Source: Ministeria vibrans ATCC 50519
Lineage: Eukaryota; Protista; Filasterea
Assembly (NCBI GenBank): GCA_943704425.1
Contig: CALSCP010002457.1
Location: 103,200 to 152,765 of the forward strand
Length of the DNA: 49,566 nucleotides
Direction: 5' to 3'
Shown here one piece after another: positions 1 through 22,158 of this stretch. Under the pieces are notes generated by a model that made no database searches, was not told the origin of the DNA, and was given only the letters and a program-made list of their open reading frames with translations. A program made the position numbers and the translations under genes. How positions within the stretch are numbered: the stretch's first letter is position 1; each line of letters opens with the position of its first letter.

Positions 1-110
<110 letters not shown>

Positions 111-605
111 CAGAATCATAAAATAAAACATGACGTTGTGTGATTGTGTGGAAAATATTACAAAGAGTGCATTTGTGTTGTGTGTCAAAGAGACCTGCCA
201 AACTTTACCAACTCATTGCACCACTACAGCTTCTAGTAGAGACCTGCGTTGAATGTAACAATGAGTTTGTCACTGTCACAGGAGCTTGTCTTCTTCAAGT
301 TGTCATACGAGTGGCCCCCGGTATTGTATATAGTCATAGTCTTAAGATTCACGAGAGATAATCTTCAATGAAGTGTAACTAATAATGAAATGAAGTGAAA
401 CGGTTACTTAGATGAAAAGAGAATCAATGAAGAGTAATGCATTATACAATATACAATGCTTCCACCATAGGTTAATCCCAAGAGGCAAGAATATGAAGCA
501 TCTATAGACCCACAAAGAAAAAAAGTGAAAGGGAATAGCTGTTCATTATTATTATTATTATTATTATTATAAATAATTAATAATATTATTATCATTATTT
601 CTTTG

Positions 606-5207
<4,602 letters not shown>

Positions 5208-5307
5208 AAAAAAGTGAAAGAAGGAAGACATTTCCAAAAAAAAAATTATGAAAAATAATAATAATAATAATTGCATGCCATTATAATAATAATTTTTATT
5301 CCCGTGG

Positions 5308-8300
5308 TTAGAGTTGTGATGCACTGTAGCCCGGCGAGTCGGCCATGGAGTCGTCGTCGAAAATGGGATTGGCAAAAGTTGCGTACTGGTTCACGTCAAG
5401 TTCGTTTGCGACGGCCACTTGAGCACTCGCAGTCAGGTCGGCATCAAACGACTTGAGGAACTGAATCACATTGGCGTCTGCTTCGTCAATGACGTCCTGC
5501 TCGCCATTGCCAGTCCCGCTCGCCTTGACCAGCCCAAACGACGACATGCCGGACGACAGACTCTGCATCACTTCCACACGGCCCGAGTGCAGCTGTGCCA
5601 CGCCACGTCGACGCATGTACAGCACGGCGGCAATGGCCACAATCGCAATCAGCAGCACGGCCGCCACTGCAGCGCCCACACTCACACCCACTGTTGAGCC
5701 GCTGTTCGATGCCCCTTGGTTTGCTCCCGACGCTCGCGGTGCATACAATGCACTCGAGTTGAAGCCTATGAGCGTGATAAAGAGTGGTGACGAAGAGAGA
5801 CCGCCCAACGGCGACAGTGACAGCTGTTCCAGGTCACCAACAACACTCGAGGCGGCGGGGGTGCCAGCCGTCACAGTCATGTTCACTTCCGTCAGCACCG
5901 TCGTGGTGGCGCGTCGTCGCCGCTGGGTGGTCGTCGTCGTTGTGCTGTTGCTCAAGATGATCAGCCGCGACGAAGCTACATTCAATTTGGAGGCAAGCAC
6001 CGACAGAAACGTCATCGGATCAAACGCACTGTTGTCCACTATCATTTGAACACGTTGCACAAGATCCTGACACTCGAGGGGCGCCCCACTCCAGACAGCA
6101 TTGCTCTGGCACGACCGCACTTTGCTGCCCGACGCATGGAAATATCCATCAACACAGTCGCCTGAGCACACCGAGGGATAGACGCTGCCCGCCGAGCAAG
6201 TGAGCGGCAGGCCATTTGCCGGTGTGTTCAGCGTGCCACAAGCACGCGGCACGCACACACCACTGCCCGTCCACTGACGCGACACGGCATCGCAAGTCCA
6301 CTGGTTGCTGCCTTGGTGCACATAACCAATGTCGCAGTCGACAGTGCACGTACTGCCCACCAACTGTGAATCGCACGTCGACATGGCACTGTTGGCCGTC
6401 GTGCCAGCCGCAATCGTGCCAGGACACCAATTTGCAGTCGCAACGCAGGAAGCGGGCTGGTCCGACCAGGTGCCTTGTGCCTGGCACAAACGCGTTGCGC
6501 TTCCTTGCAGAGTATAGCCCGTGTCGCACGAGAGGGCACACAACGAGCCAAAGGTCGTGCCGTTCGTGCAGAGGACCAAGCCACTCGCCAAAGACAGAGC
6601 GCCACAGTCGACAATGTTGCAGGTGGGCAGAGGCGTCCACGTTCCATCCGACTGACACGTCGCATCCAACAGCGACGCCGACGACGCCAGCGAGTGTCCA
6701 GTAGCACAGCTCAGGGAGCATGAAAAGCCAAACGTCGTAGACAAGCACAGACTCGCAAAGACGAGTGTGGCCGGCAACCCAAGTGAACCACAGTCCTTGG
6801 GCACACACGAACCGCTGCCGCTCCAACTGCCCGTGGAGTCACACGACCATTGCGTGCCATTGTGAAAATCATAACCCGCCTGACACGCCACAGCACACGA
6901 GTCTCCCAACAGTCGATTGGTGCAGGCGGACAAGGCACCGTTCGCGAGCGCAGTCGCCCCTATTTGCGCGGGACACCAGTCGACCGTCTTGGCACACGAA
7001 GAAGGCCCGTTCGACCACACACCCGACTCTTGGCACACACGTGAGGCTGCGCCTGCAAGTGTGTAACCGGCACTGCATGACACAGTGCACGTTTCGCCAA
7101 AGGTAGTCCCGCCCAGACACGACGCACTGCCCGAGTCAATGGAGAGGGCAAAGCAGTCGACAATGACACACGTTGGTAGGGGTGTCCACGTGCCGTTGGC
7201 TTGGCACTCAATGCCCACCGTGCCCATCTGTTGGTGGCCCGTCTCACACGATACGGCACACGTGTCACCAAATTTGGTGTTGGGACAAGTGACCAGCGTC
7301 TTGGGAGGAAGCATAGGGACACCACAGTCTACTCGGCTGCAGGTGGTACCCGAAGCGGGCGGATTGGACCACTGGCCCGACGCGAGACACGTTCGTGTCG
7401 AACCCCCATCACGCGTGTAGCCTGTGTCGCAGCCAATGACGCAAACTGTGCCAAACAGTGTGTTGCCCGTGTCACACGACACAGCGCCATTCGTCACCGT
7501 GAGCGCACCGCAGTCCACAATGTCGCATGTGGGAAACTCGCTCCAGGTCGCATTGGCACGGCACTCGATTGACGATGGTCCACTCTGGCGGAAGCCAGTG
7601 GGACAACCCACGGTGCAAGTTGATGCGTATGCGTTGGCGGCCGAGCAGGTTGCAAGCGTGACATTGACAGGCAAATGTGGCGCTCCGCAGTCAACAAGCT
7701 CGCAGGTGTCCGACTGCGGCAGTGCCTCTGTGCCGTGACTGACGGCTTGAAAGCCGACTGTGTCGCACTCGACACAAAAGGAGACACCGCCCGAGAAGCA
7801 CGTCACCGAAGCACAGCCGACAATTGGGTCGCAGGCAAGGCAGCCTGCACTAGGGTCCGTATAGTAGCCGCTGACACACGAGACGCAGGTGGGACGCGAC
7901 GGCTCGCCTGCAAGCGTACAGTTGCTGCTGACCTCCGTGCATTGTGAGTGAAGAGATGCGGCGTTGGGACACGGGGCGCACACAGACGCAGTCGAACCAC
8001 TTGGGCGGTCGTGATAAAAGCCACTGGAACACTGAGCGCAGTAAGAAGAGGCTGCGTTTTCGCAGGTGATAGTCGTGGCACAACCAGAGACGGATGGACA
8101 TTTAATGCAAGGCCCCTGCGTCGCGTCGCCGTAGGAGCCAGTCACACACAAATTGCAACTGTCGCCTGTTGTAAAGTTGGCACAGCCAATGCAGACGCCC
8201 GTGTCCTTGTCGCACGCAGCGGCGTGGCCAAAGCAGCCGCAAGCCAGGTTGCACGTAGTGCCGTAGTAGCCATTCTGACAAGCCGAACAAGTCACGGCGG

Positions 8301-11300
8301 CGGCATTATGCTGTTCACACACGACGGCGCCGCTCACACACGTACCGGCCGGACACAATTGCGAGCAATCCCCGCCGGTGAAGCCGCTGACACAGCCTGT
8401 GGGACAAGAGCGCGCCGAGCCATCTTGCGCACATGAGACGACTCCTTGACAGTTTCCCTGTGCACACATTAAGTTGCAGTCCGGTCCTGTGAAGCCATTC
8501 GCGCAAGCTTGACAGACACGGTTGTTTCCATTGATGTCACACGCAACCGCGCCCAGGCAATTGCCAAACGCGCAGAAATTGGTACAATTGGTACCGGTGA
8601 AGCCGAGTCGACAGGCAGTGCACACACGATTCTCGCCGCCATTTTGATTGCACGACACAGTCCCAATGCAATTGCCTGTCGCGCACGTCGAGTCACAGTC
8701 CGTCCCAAAATACCCCGGATTGCAGGCCGTACACACTCGGTTGCCGCCACCGTTTTTGTCGCATGAAACGCGTGTCATTGTGTTGCACTGGCCTTGGGCG
8801 CACGGTGAGTTACAATCAACGCCGTACGAGCCGATGTGACACGCGCCCGAGCAGACGACATCAACGCCAGTCGCCTGATTGCACGTCACCAGTCCGCTTG
8901 CACAAGAGTACGTCAGACATAGCTGGTTACATGTTGCACCCCACCGACCGGCACTGCATTGTGCGCACGAGGCCGTCGTGCCCGTCGCCTTGTCGCACGA
9001 AGGCGTCACCGACGAGTGACAGCTCGAATCCACGCACATATGTTCACAAGTCACCCCCCACCTCCCGTCAACACACAACTCACACTCTTCCACGACTCCC
9101 GAGACGGCATCACACGAGGGGGTACCGGTACACTGCGCCAGACTCACGCAAGGCGACTCGCAATCTCCTCCATAATATCCCGAGAGGCATCCGCTCGTAC
9201 ATACACGCGCGGAACCGTCCGCAAACGCGCACGAGACAGTGTCATTCGCACAGTTACCGGCATCACATGCTTGTGTACACCCTTGGCCAAAGAACCCCGA
9301 TTCGCATGCGATGCACACACGATTCGCGCCCGTGCTTTGGTCACAGCTCACCGTGCCAAGACAGTTGCCCTGTGTACACATGGAAGCACAGTCAGCGCCA
9401 TAGAATCCACCAACACACTGACCCGCACACGTAAGGTTCGCTGTGCCAGACACGTCGCAAGTTGTGCTGCCCAAGCAATTGGGAAGCAAAGCACATGTCG
9501 AGTTACAATCGGCACCGGCATAACCCGCCTCGCAGACACATCGAACGCTGTCACCGACAATTTGCGAGCACACTCGATTGCCATTCGCACACACCAATGT
9601 CTGCATCACAGTGACGCCCGCCTGGTACATCAATGCCACGTCGCTCGCCGACAGCTCTTCTTTCCATAGACTCAATTCGTCTGCTTCCCCACTGTAGTAG
9701 CGTGTTTGGAACTGCTCAACAGAGTAAGGAGGAGAGAAGAGTGAGGCGTGTGAGAGAAAGAATAATTACAAAGAAATTTTCAACAAAGCGATAAAGAACA
9801 AACATTGTACCGCAGTGCTGGGCTTTCCAAAGCGATGACTTCCGGAAAAGGCAAAGGACTGCCACGAATCCGTATCGACAACGGTCTCACCGCCAGCAAA
9901 CGACGAGCCGCCGTCAATGTAGAGGACAGCGCGGGACATGCCGAGGGACCATGTGGCGGCGACGTGGTGCCAGCGACCGTCGCGCAGGTCTGTGCTCGAG
10001 CGCATGTTGACCCCGCCCAGAATGAAGAAGCCAATGGTGCCCTGCGCAAGGTACTCTTGGTAGACATGGAACTCTTGCTGACCTGAATTAAGAAGGAAGA
10101 ATGAGATTCTTCTGTATATGCCTCTTGGGCATGGGTGACACATTTTGGTGTGCCCCTTTTTTGTCGATAATTACCGCCAAATCCGTCGCCAGATGACGAA
10201 CTCGAGCCGTAATACAGCATGGAGGAGGAAGTGAGATTTGCGCTGTCAAGACGAACCCAAAAGGCACAAGAGCCAATGGTGGAGTTCATGGAGCCCAAAG
10301 GGGTTGTGAGAGCGCTAATTTCGCTGGTGGAGACGCGCGAGAAGACGGGCCACTCGTTGCTGGCGGTGAAGCCAGGGTAGCCAAAGGAGGCCGAGAGGGG
10401 CGACGCACCGCGTGTGATGTCACGAACGGACGAGCCAATTGCAGGCAGCGATGTGACGCCATTCGTGGGTTGTGCAAGGTTTGTTTGCAGTCCTTGTGGC
10501 CCCGAAAAGGGCCAATACCTAATAAAAGCTGAAAAGTTCAATCACAGCTTCACACACACACAACACCACAAAGACATACAAACACACACAACAACACATA
10601 GAACATAAAAAAACACGCGCACTACAAAGACATACAACTACATGCACGCACACACACACCACAAAGCCANNNNNACACACCACAAAGACATACAAACACA
10701 CACAACAACACATAGAACATAAAAAAACACGCGCACTACAAAGACATACAACTACATGCACGCACACACACACCACAAAGCCATATACACACACATATAT
10801 ATAATATTATAATTATATGGTTGAAAACGTACATGAACGGAGCAAGAGAGAGCACTGTGTCGCGGTATTGGACAGCACCGCATGTGGACTCGCAGTCAAT
10901 ACCCCAAAAGCCATCCTGACAGCGAGTGCACACGCGCGTGTTCTCATACGCATTGCACACAACCAATCCAATACAGTTCCCTTGATGACAAGTCTACAAC
11001 ACTATGTTAGAGACATTGGCATTGTAAGTGAAACTTACACTCGAACAATCAGCTCCCCCAAAGCCCAAGGCACACTCGCAGCGAGCAGCACCACCCGTTG
11101 ATGCATCGCACACACGCGTTCCTGTCGTGCTGTTACACGCGACTGCGTTGAAGGTGCTGTTAGTGATGGCGGAGGTGTACTGTGCCGCAATCTGTGCTGC
11201 ACTCAGCTCGTATGTGTAGATCGACAGTTCGTCCATGCTCCCCACGTACCGACGCGAGTTTGTCGCGGGTTTTCCTGGAAACTCAGTTAAAGAGGTATTC

Positions 11301-12627
11301 CTCTTTTATAAGACGTATTTTGTATGATTGTGTACCAAATCTGTGTCGTTGGGAAAAAGTGAAATCAGAAATCAGCTGAGACGTTTTAGTGGTCGTTGCA
11401 CCGCCCACAGATACACCTCCGTCAAGATAGACGCTGGCACGTTGATCTGCGCGGTTCCAAGTGGCACAGACGTGTCTGCCAACCAATGAAAGAACGAGAG
11501 GGGGGGCAAACAAGAAAAAATCAGCTGTCAATGTTAGGGAATTAGGGTTGTGTACCGCCATTTGTTGTCGTAAGTGCTGACGGGTCCGAAGACTTGAGTG
11601 TTGCCGTGCGCAAAGAACGCAATTTGGTAGCGGGCTGGAAGAGTGGTAGTGGCTGCGTGCTATTAGAGGAGAGCAAGAGAGTTGATCCCATTTAGAGAGA
11701 GTGCAGACACACACACAAACGAGGATTGTCTCTCTCGTTACCTGACGAACAAAGAGGTGGAGCTCGCGCTGCGAACCAAAACCGTCGCCTAGTTCATCGG
11801 CTCCATAGTAGAGGATTCCATTGGAGTCGGAGCTGGGAGCAGGTCGAACCCAGAAACAGACACTGCCCAGTCGACTGGTCATGACTGCTGATGGTTGCGT
11901 CAGTGTAAACATGCCCTGTGAAACAGACAATGCGTCTTAATGCGGAAGTCGGGAGACGGGAGGGTGTTGGATTGAAACAATGCTTGGAGGCTAGAGGAGA
12001 CTCGGGAGAGTGATAGTAGAGGGTAGGCACATGAAGGAAGAGAAACCGCAGTTGAACCGCAGACATACCGAATCGCCCGTCTGACCCCGAAACCGAACCC
12101 ACTGGTTCTCTTCAAGGAATCCTGGGTAGCCAGCGGAGGCAGTGAGCGAAGGAGAGTCCTTCTGCGAAAGAAGCACGTCGGGGCCAATGGAGGCGGCGCT
12201 CACCGAGGCAGTGTTTGGGTCGGAGATGATGGCAGGATTCCCATTTGTCGCAGAGGTCATTCGCCAGTAGTACAGAGGCGACTGTGACATGACCACGTCA
12301 TTGTAGAGCATCTGGCCGCATGTGTGTGCGCAGGAGCTGCCGTATGTTCCGGTGGGGCACTGCGCAGGAATAGAGAGAGAGGTGAGGGTCCTTTGTTATA
12401 TATACAACTGAGGATCGAGACACTCGATTAGTGAGTATCAATCAGAATTCAGATATTCCTATTGCCAATTTGCCAGGCATGACGCATGTCATGATGCCAT
12501 GGGCTCATGGCTTCGAACAGTGAAAAAACGGCCAACACGAGGGATCGAGATGAGTGAATATTAATCATACCGCAACCGCAAACGAAGATGGAGCAAAACA
12601 GGCAATGGCAAAGAGGAGAGCCAACAT
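5308..12627 (-). CDS. large type-I membrane protein: signal peptide, 2x LamG/pentraxin-like domains, many EGF/laminin-EGF-like Cys repeats, ~9 sushi (CCP) domains, SEA-like stalk, TM helix, short tail
   Basis: Exon 1 reads MLALLFAIACFAPSSFAVA|gt. LamG-like motifs occur twice (PLYYWRM...GSVCFWVR...WRHVCATWN...YVGSMDELSIY and GSCAFWVR...DGRWHHVAATWS...ADELSLW). CxxGxYGxxC repeats and sushi motifs (CxxGYxLxGxxxRxCQxxGxWS) follow. The TM segment is VGVSVGAAVAAVLLIAIVAIAAVLYM followed by RRR. The last exon is about 5308-9711. Confidence 0.88.
10556..10790. repeat. ~115-bp direct duplication around a 5-N gap (intronic)
   Basis: 'caccacaaagacatacaaac...caccacaaagcca' appears on both sides of the Ns at 10670-10674. 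Confidence 0.9.
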
Positions 12628-12803
12628 ATCAGTGATGCGACTAATCACAAATCCCAATAGAAAGGAAGGTGTCAGTATGCCAGTTATTGAACGTGTAAAC
12701 TGAAACGTAGAAAGAAAAATTGTGAAAATTATTGAAAAATCAAATCAAAATATCAAAATTTAACTCAACACTCATCAAGTAACTTCAAAGTTATATCACT
12801 CTC

Positions 12804-15039
12804 ATGCTCGCGACCTCACGCGCCGTGTGGACGCGCGTCGTCAAAGCTGTCGAGACCTCGTCTACCGTTTCAAATCGAGTCGTGGTTGCCCTCGACGAGG
12901 ATGCTGCGCGAATGCTACGTGTCGCTTTGCGCGTGGACGAGATCCTCAGACTGGCGTAAGCCCATTGTGTCTCATGGAATTGTGTTTCCAGCACACTCAG
13001 CCCAATACCGCTTGCTCTCTTTCTCCGCCCCGTAGAAACATCGTCTCTGTCGACGACGAGCAAGCAGTGCGTCGTGAACGCGCCGACGCCAACGCCGTCT
13101 CGCTCCTTCTCGTCCTGACGCGTCCCTTGCACAACGCCCGTGTCGAAACCCTCCTCAAAATCGGTCCCTGGCAAAAGGTGTGTGTTCTCGCCAACGACCC
13201 TTCCGCGCTCATCCATGCATGTACATTTCACTCGTGGCTGTGGCGTTTTTCCCCCTCGATTTTATGTAGATTGACATATTCTGCACAGTGTCCGTCCAGA
13301 CACATCTCTTGCTGGGCGCAAGAGGGAGCACCGCGCCCGACACACGCACCGCCGCGGGCCCAGGCGCAACGCACACCATTTACACAGAGTTTGCCGAGCA
13401 GTGTGTGCGCTGGGCATCCGACGCACCGACGCCAGAGAAAAAGAAGAAGACGAATCGGGCGGCAGTCGCGCGTCCCAAACCCGAAGTGCACATCCATGAA
13501 TTGCCTGCCCACTGTGCACCGCTGGGCAGCCACGTGTTTGTCACGCCCTCATTGGCACACGTTTTTCCGCGTGCCGACGACACGTGCGACACAGACGGCA
13601 TTGTGCTCCTGGCGGGCGCTCTTGCCGAGACGCTTGACTCACTCGGTCTGCGCGAAGACTGTTTTTCGGTGGGCACCACGAGTGCGGCTCTTGCCGAGGC
13701 ACTCCAACGACATCGCACTGCGACTGCAAGCAAACTAGCACCGCCCCAACGCACCGGACTTCTACTTGTCGATCGTACACTCGACGTGTGCTCGGCCTCC
13801 CTTCACACCGACTCGCTCGCCGACCGCTGTCTTCGTGTCCTCACTCCCGTCACCCACACCACCTCATCGGACGAATCGTCGTCGTCATTATTGTCGTCGT
13901 CATCTTCGTCATCTACTACTGCCGCGTCTGCTACAACGTCATCGTTGGCATCGCCTTTGGACGCGTGTGCTGCGGACTCGCTCGGTCTGCTGCCACACAC
14001 ACTGGTAAGTTGTGATTCCAAGTCGGTTGCATTGTTGGACGCACTTGTGCTGAAGCGACCGAGCGAGGCACTGATGGAGTGTCGTCGAATTTTGGTGACG
14101 CTGGCGAGCAACGAAGGAATCGACCTGCCCAATGTGCAGCGGATGGGTCGTGTGACGCGCACGCAACTGGAGTCGTTTGTGGATGCAATTGCACAGGCAA
14201 ACAGTGCCATTGCCGAGGCACACGGTCCACTGTTGGACACAACGCGGTGTCTGATTCGCGCCATGGAGAGTGATATTGAGGGCCAGTGGGAACGCATGGC
14301 GGGCGTGGAGAAGGTGCTGGGGCTGTCGCTTCACGAAGGAATGGATGTGGGAAGTCAGCTGTGTCAGTTGGGACGGGACGAGGGACACTGGTTGAGTGCC
14401 AAGGCCCTGCTGGGGCTGGCGGTGTACGGCCGTGCCGTGGTGGGGGCTGAGGTACAGTGGAGTGCCGATGAGTCGTTGGTGGAGGTGTTGGCGGACGCGA
14501 TGCAGCGCGAGTCAGTTGCAGTGCCTGTCATGGGCTCGCTGGCACGACAGCGCGTCGAACTGGGTCCTCCAGTCGCGCCTCGCAGTGGCAATCCTGCGTC
14601 TCGTGAACAATGTGAGCGAGCGACGGCGCGTGCACTGCGGCGTCTTGCGGGACCGCTGTATGCGGACTCGTCGCTCACCGATGCGCACCTACGCAGTGGC
14701 ACGACAAAAGCAGCGGTGCCTGTCTCACTGCTGCGTCGTCTCACGCAACTCATCTACGACCCGGCCCGACCCGCTCTGCCGGACGTGCGTCACTGGCCTA
14801 CCTCGACCTTCTCTTCCTCGTTCAAATCAGGTCTCAGCATGTTCCTCTCGACCGCCCAGGCACGTCCCAACGACCACGCCGGACGCCTCATTGTCTTTGT
14901 TGTGGGTGGTGTCACGCTGCACGAGGCCAAGGCAGTCCACGACGCCGTCTCCGCTGTCCAGCCCGGCGCAACCGTTCTCGTTGGGGGCACTACCATTGCG
15001 TCGCCCGATACCATTTTCAAAAGAATTCTTTGTCCATAA
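12804..15039 (+). CDS. SCFD2: Sec1 family domain-containing protein 2 (SCFD2/MIP3-like SM protein)
   Basis: N-terminal WTRVVKAV...VALDEDAA, SM-protein motif LLLVDRTLD, DSLGLREDCFSVG, and C-terminal RPNDH...LIVFVVGGVTLHE...VLVGGT, all as I recall for SCFD2. The 5' exons are approximate. Confidence 0.8.
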
Positions 15040-15111
15040 CAATAATACGCTTCTCTTACGTGTACAATAGTATAATATTTCACAATCGACCAAAAATGTG
15101 TTCGCTCACTC

Positions 15112-15581
15112 TCAAACCTCATCTTCGTGCAAGAGCATGTTCGGAATGCCATCGGTGATGACGTAGACGTGGTCGCAGCGCGGACAGACCATGCGGCCGC
15201 TCTGAATGTCCACTTCCATCAGAACAGTATGCACACTCTTGAGAAAATCGTCGTCCGCTTGCGCCGGCTCTGGCATCGCCTCTGGAAGCCCAATGCCCAC
15301 TCCAACCGCCTCGGCGGCACTTACAAGAGCCGACCATTCGATTTTGGCCATCATGTTGCGAATAAAATCCGGATTGAATTCCGCCTGAACGAAAAAAGAA
15401 AACGAGAAAATGAAGAAAAAAAAAAAAAGAAGTGAACACCACATTTTCTCCCACATCGTGTTCGTTACCTCGACCGTCTCCGTCTCGATGTCCACAAGCT
15501 TCAGGGGAAAGTTGTCTCGGTCGCAGCCCTACCAGAGCGGTCGTTGAGAGTCGGATGGGGACGAACGCAATGGCGACCAAC

Positions 15582-15627
<46 letters not shown>

Positions 15628-15674
15628 ACTACCTTGACGTGACACGCCAGCATGTTGTGCGACAGTAGCTTCAT
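15112..15674 (-). CDS. TRMT112: multifunctional methyltransferase activator subunit TRM112 (3 exons)
   Basis: MKLLSHNMLACHVK|GCDRDNFPLKL...|EFNPDFIRNMMAKIEW...DDDFLKSVHTVLMEVDIQSGRMVCPRCDHVYVITDGIPNMLLHEDEV. Confidence 0.97.
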
Positions 15675-15793
15675 TGTGAGTGGTTTGATTATGATCAAAT
15701 ACAAATAAGAGTAGAAATTACTAATTAGAATGTAAATTGTAAAATAATTATAATAATAATAATTTTTAAATGATACTAATTTATTTATTTTTG

Positions 15794-15796
<3 letters not shown>

Positions 15797-15871
<75 letters not shown>
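15797..15871. repeat. (CT)n microsatellite in MARK 3' region
   Basis: Direct observation. Confidence 0.95.
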
Positions 15872-15875
<4 letters not shown>

Positions 15876-15893
15876 GAATTGAACTTGTGCACA

Positions 15894-20141
<4,248 letters not shown>

Positions 20142-20376
20142 ACTACAAAATAAACTTGTTGATTTTGAGTTAATCACACTTGCTCGTCATAATAATCATA
20201 TTCGATCGAATAATAGCACCTGCAGTGCACAAACAAAAAATATACACAACAAACTTGGGTCGCACAAGGTTTGCTGGCACATTGGTTTTCAGTTGTGACT
20301 GCTTGTGAGTGGGGATCTATCGTAGGGAAATCCTTGATGACCAGAGGGAAAAAGAACATTGCACATCTTGTATTGA

Positions 20377-22158
20377 CTACTCGCAGGCAAAGTGGTGGGC
20401 ATCTCGGAGAACAGCAAAAAGAATGGAGCGCGGTGGGACCTGCAACGGCTTGCTTGCGTCGTCAATGAAGCGAGGTTCCAGAGGCGGGATGTGGCCGTCG
20501 GAGGTGAGAGTGAGGAGAGCGCCGTTGAGCTGGATGAGGGGCGCAGTGACCGACGAGGCGGTCAACAGGTACTCGGCGCGGCGTAAGGAGGTGAGCGAGG
20601 GCAGCGAGACCGAGTATGAGGTGGTCGAGTCAATGTTGATGAGAAGCAGCGTCACCTGCGCCTCGCGTGCGTCGCGTGTGCAGTGCGCATACGCGCGTAC
20701 TGGCTCCACACCGACACCACCTCCTCTTGCTCCTGTGTCGCGTGCAGCAACTGTCACACTCAGCACTGCATCGCCCATCAGCCGATGGAACAAGTCACCC
20801 GTGTAAAAATCCGGGTTGGGTGCATAGGAATCCTTCTGCAACAGTCCATAGTACCCCCCAACGAGCGTTTGTCTCTGGTGGCCCTTCAGTCCGCAGTTTC
20901 GCGCGAGACTCGCCAGCGCATCCGCATACCAAAACGAGCTCACAAAGCGGTCCGTCACATTCTGTCCGCCCGAGTGCCATGCTGCAGCCGTCTCGCCAAC
21001 CCACAGCGGCAGCTCAGGCGCGTGGGTGCGCCACGAGTCAATTGTCGGCTGTGCCTCCGAAATAGTCTTGTCCAGAAACTCACTCGTCAGAATCTCACTC
21101 GTCAGGTTCGGGTCAAGCCCATAGCCAACTGTATTGGTCGCTGGTTGAGTGAGTTAATTTATTGACTACTAGCCTACCGTATAAGTGAAATGTCATGAAA
21201 TCCATTGACGAGTGCGCGATTGGCAAAAAAGTGTCATACTAAAAGGGGGAGAGGGGAAGGAGGAGAGGTCAAAAGACACTCACGAGAAAGAGAAGAAAGA
21301 AACAAAGTGATAAAGAGTGAGAGAGTGATGTGATTGCGTTACATAGCCCGGATTAGGGTTGAGGTCACAGCCGCCCAAGCGCGGTCGAGTGGCAGGCGAG
21401 GGCCAGTGAGTATTGATGAGTTGACGCACGCGAATGTAGTCGTGCGCCATGACAGTCGCATTGACCTTCTCAAGTTCTAACACAAACAACAACGTCATCA
21501 GAGCTGCACTTAACCTACGGTTCTTATTGTGTCACCATTGCCAAGTTCGAAGGCGTATATGTTCCATTTTGCCTGAGCGCAGTACGCGAGAAACGCATCA
21601 ATGTTGGTCAAATTCAGTGGCGCGTTGTTGTCCGCCCGATCCATCCCGTTCAACCCAAACACCAGACTGATGTTGGTCTTGTCGCAAAACTCAACAAGCT
21701 GAGCCATTCGCGGCTAACAAGGAAGAAACAAAGTTCAGCAGTGCACCAAAACTGAAACACAACACACAACCATACCATCTTCCAGCAAAATGCTGGATCA
21801 GTGGTGGCCGGACAGCCGGCTCCCGTTGTGTCATAGTACACCTCGTCGCCTTCCGAACCTCCAATGCGGAGGCGGGCCGGCGAGAGGCGATGGGCAGCCT
21901 CAAGGAGCAACGGAGCGCCGAAGTCAATTTTCTATCCATCAGCGATGAGGGGACACGGACATTCCACGTAGGCCTCACCTGAACCGACGCATTGATCCAC
22001 CCCGGTGGTTCTTCGGAGTCCCGATGCCAATCCAGGTTGAAGGAGACCAGACTGGCGTCCGTCCTTTCGACAACCGCATTTCCAATCTCAAGCGCCACAT
22101 TGACGGCGCCGCCAAGCTGCATGGCTACAGCGGTAAGCACCAGTACGTTTAGCAGCAT
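20377..22158 (-). CDS. HPSE: heparanase-like endo-beta-glucuronidase (GH79), multi-exon
   Basis: Signal peptide, SFNLDW, LSPARLRIGGSEGD, LVFGLN, acid/base motif FELGN|E (split by an intron), nucleophile motif LWVGETAAAWHSG, FWYADAL, RQTLVGGYYGLL, PNPDFY and VRAYAHC. Confidence 0.92.

Noticed and set aside
10556-10790. Direct duplication of about 115 bp
   Set aside because: The copies flank an N gap exactly, so this is most likely unmerged overlapping contig ends.
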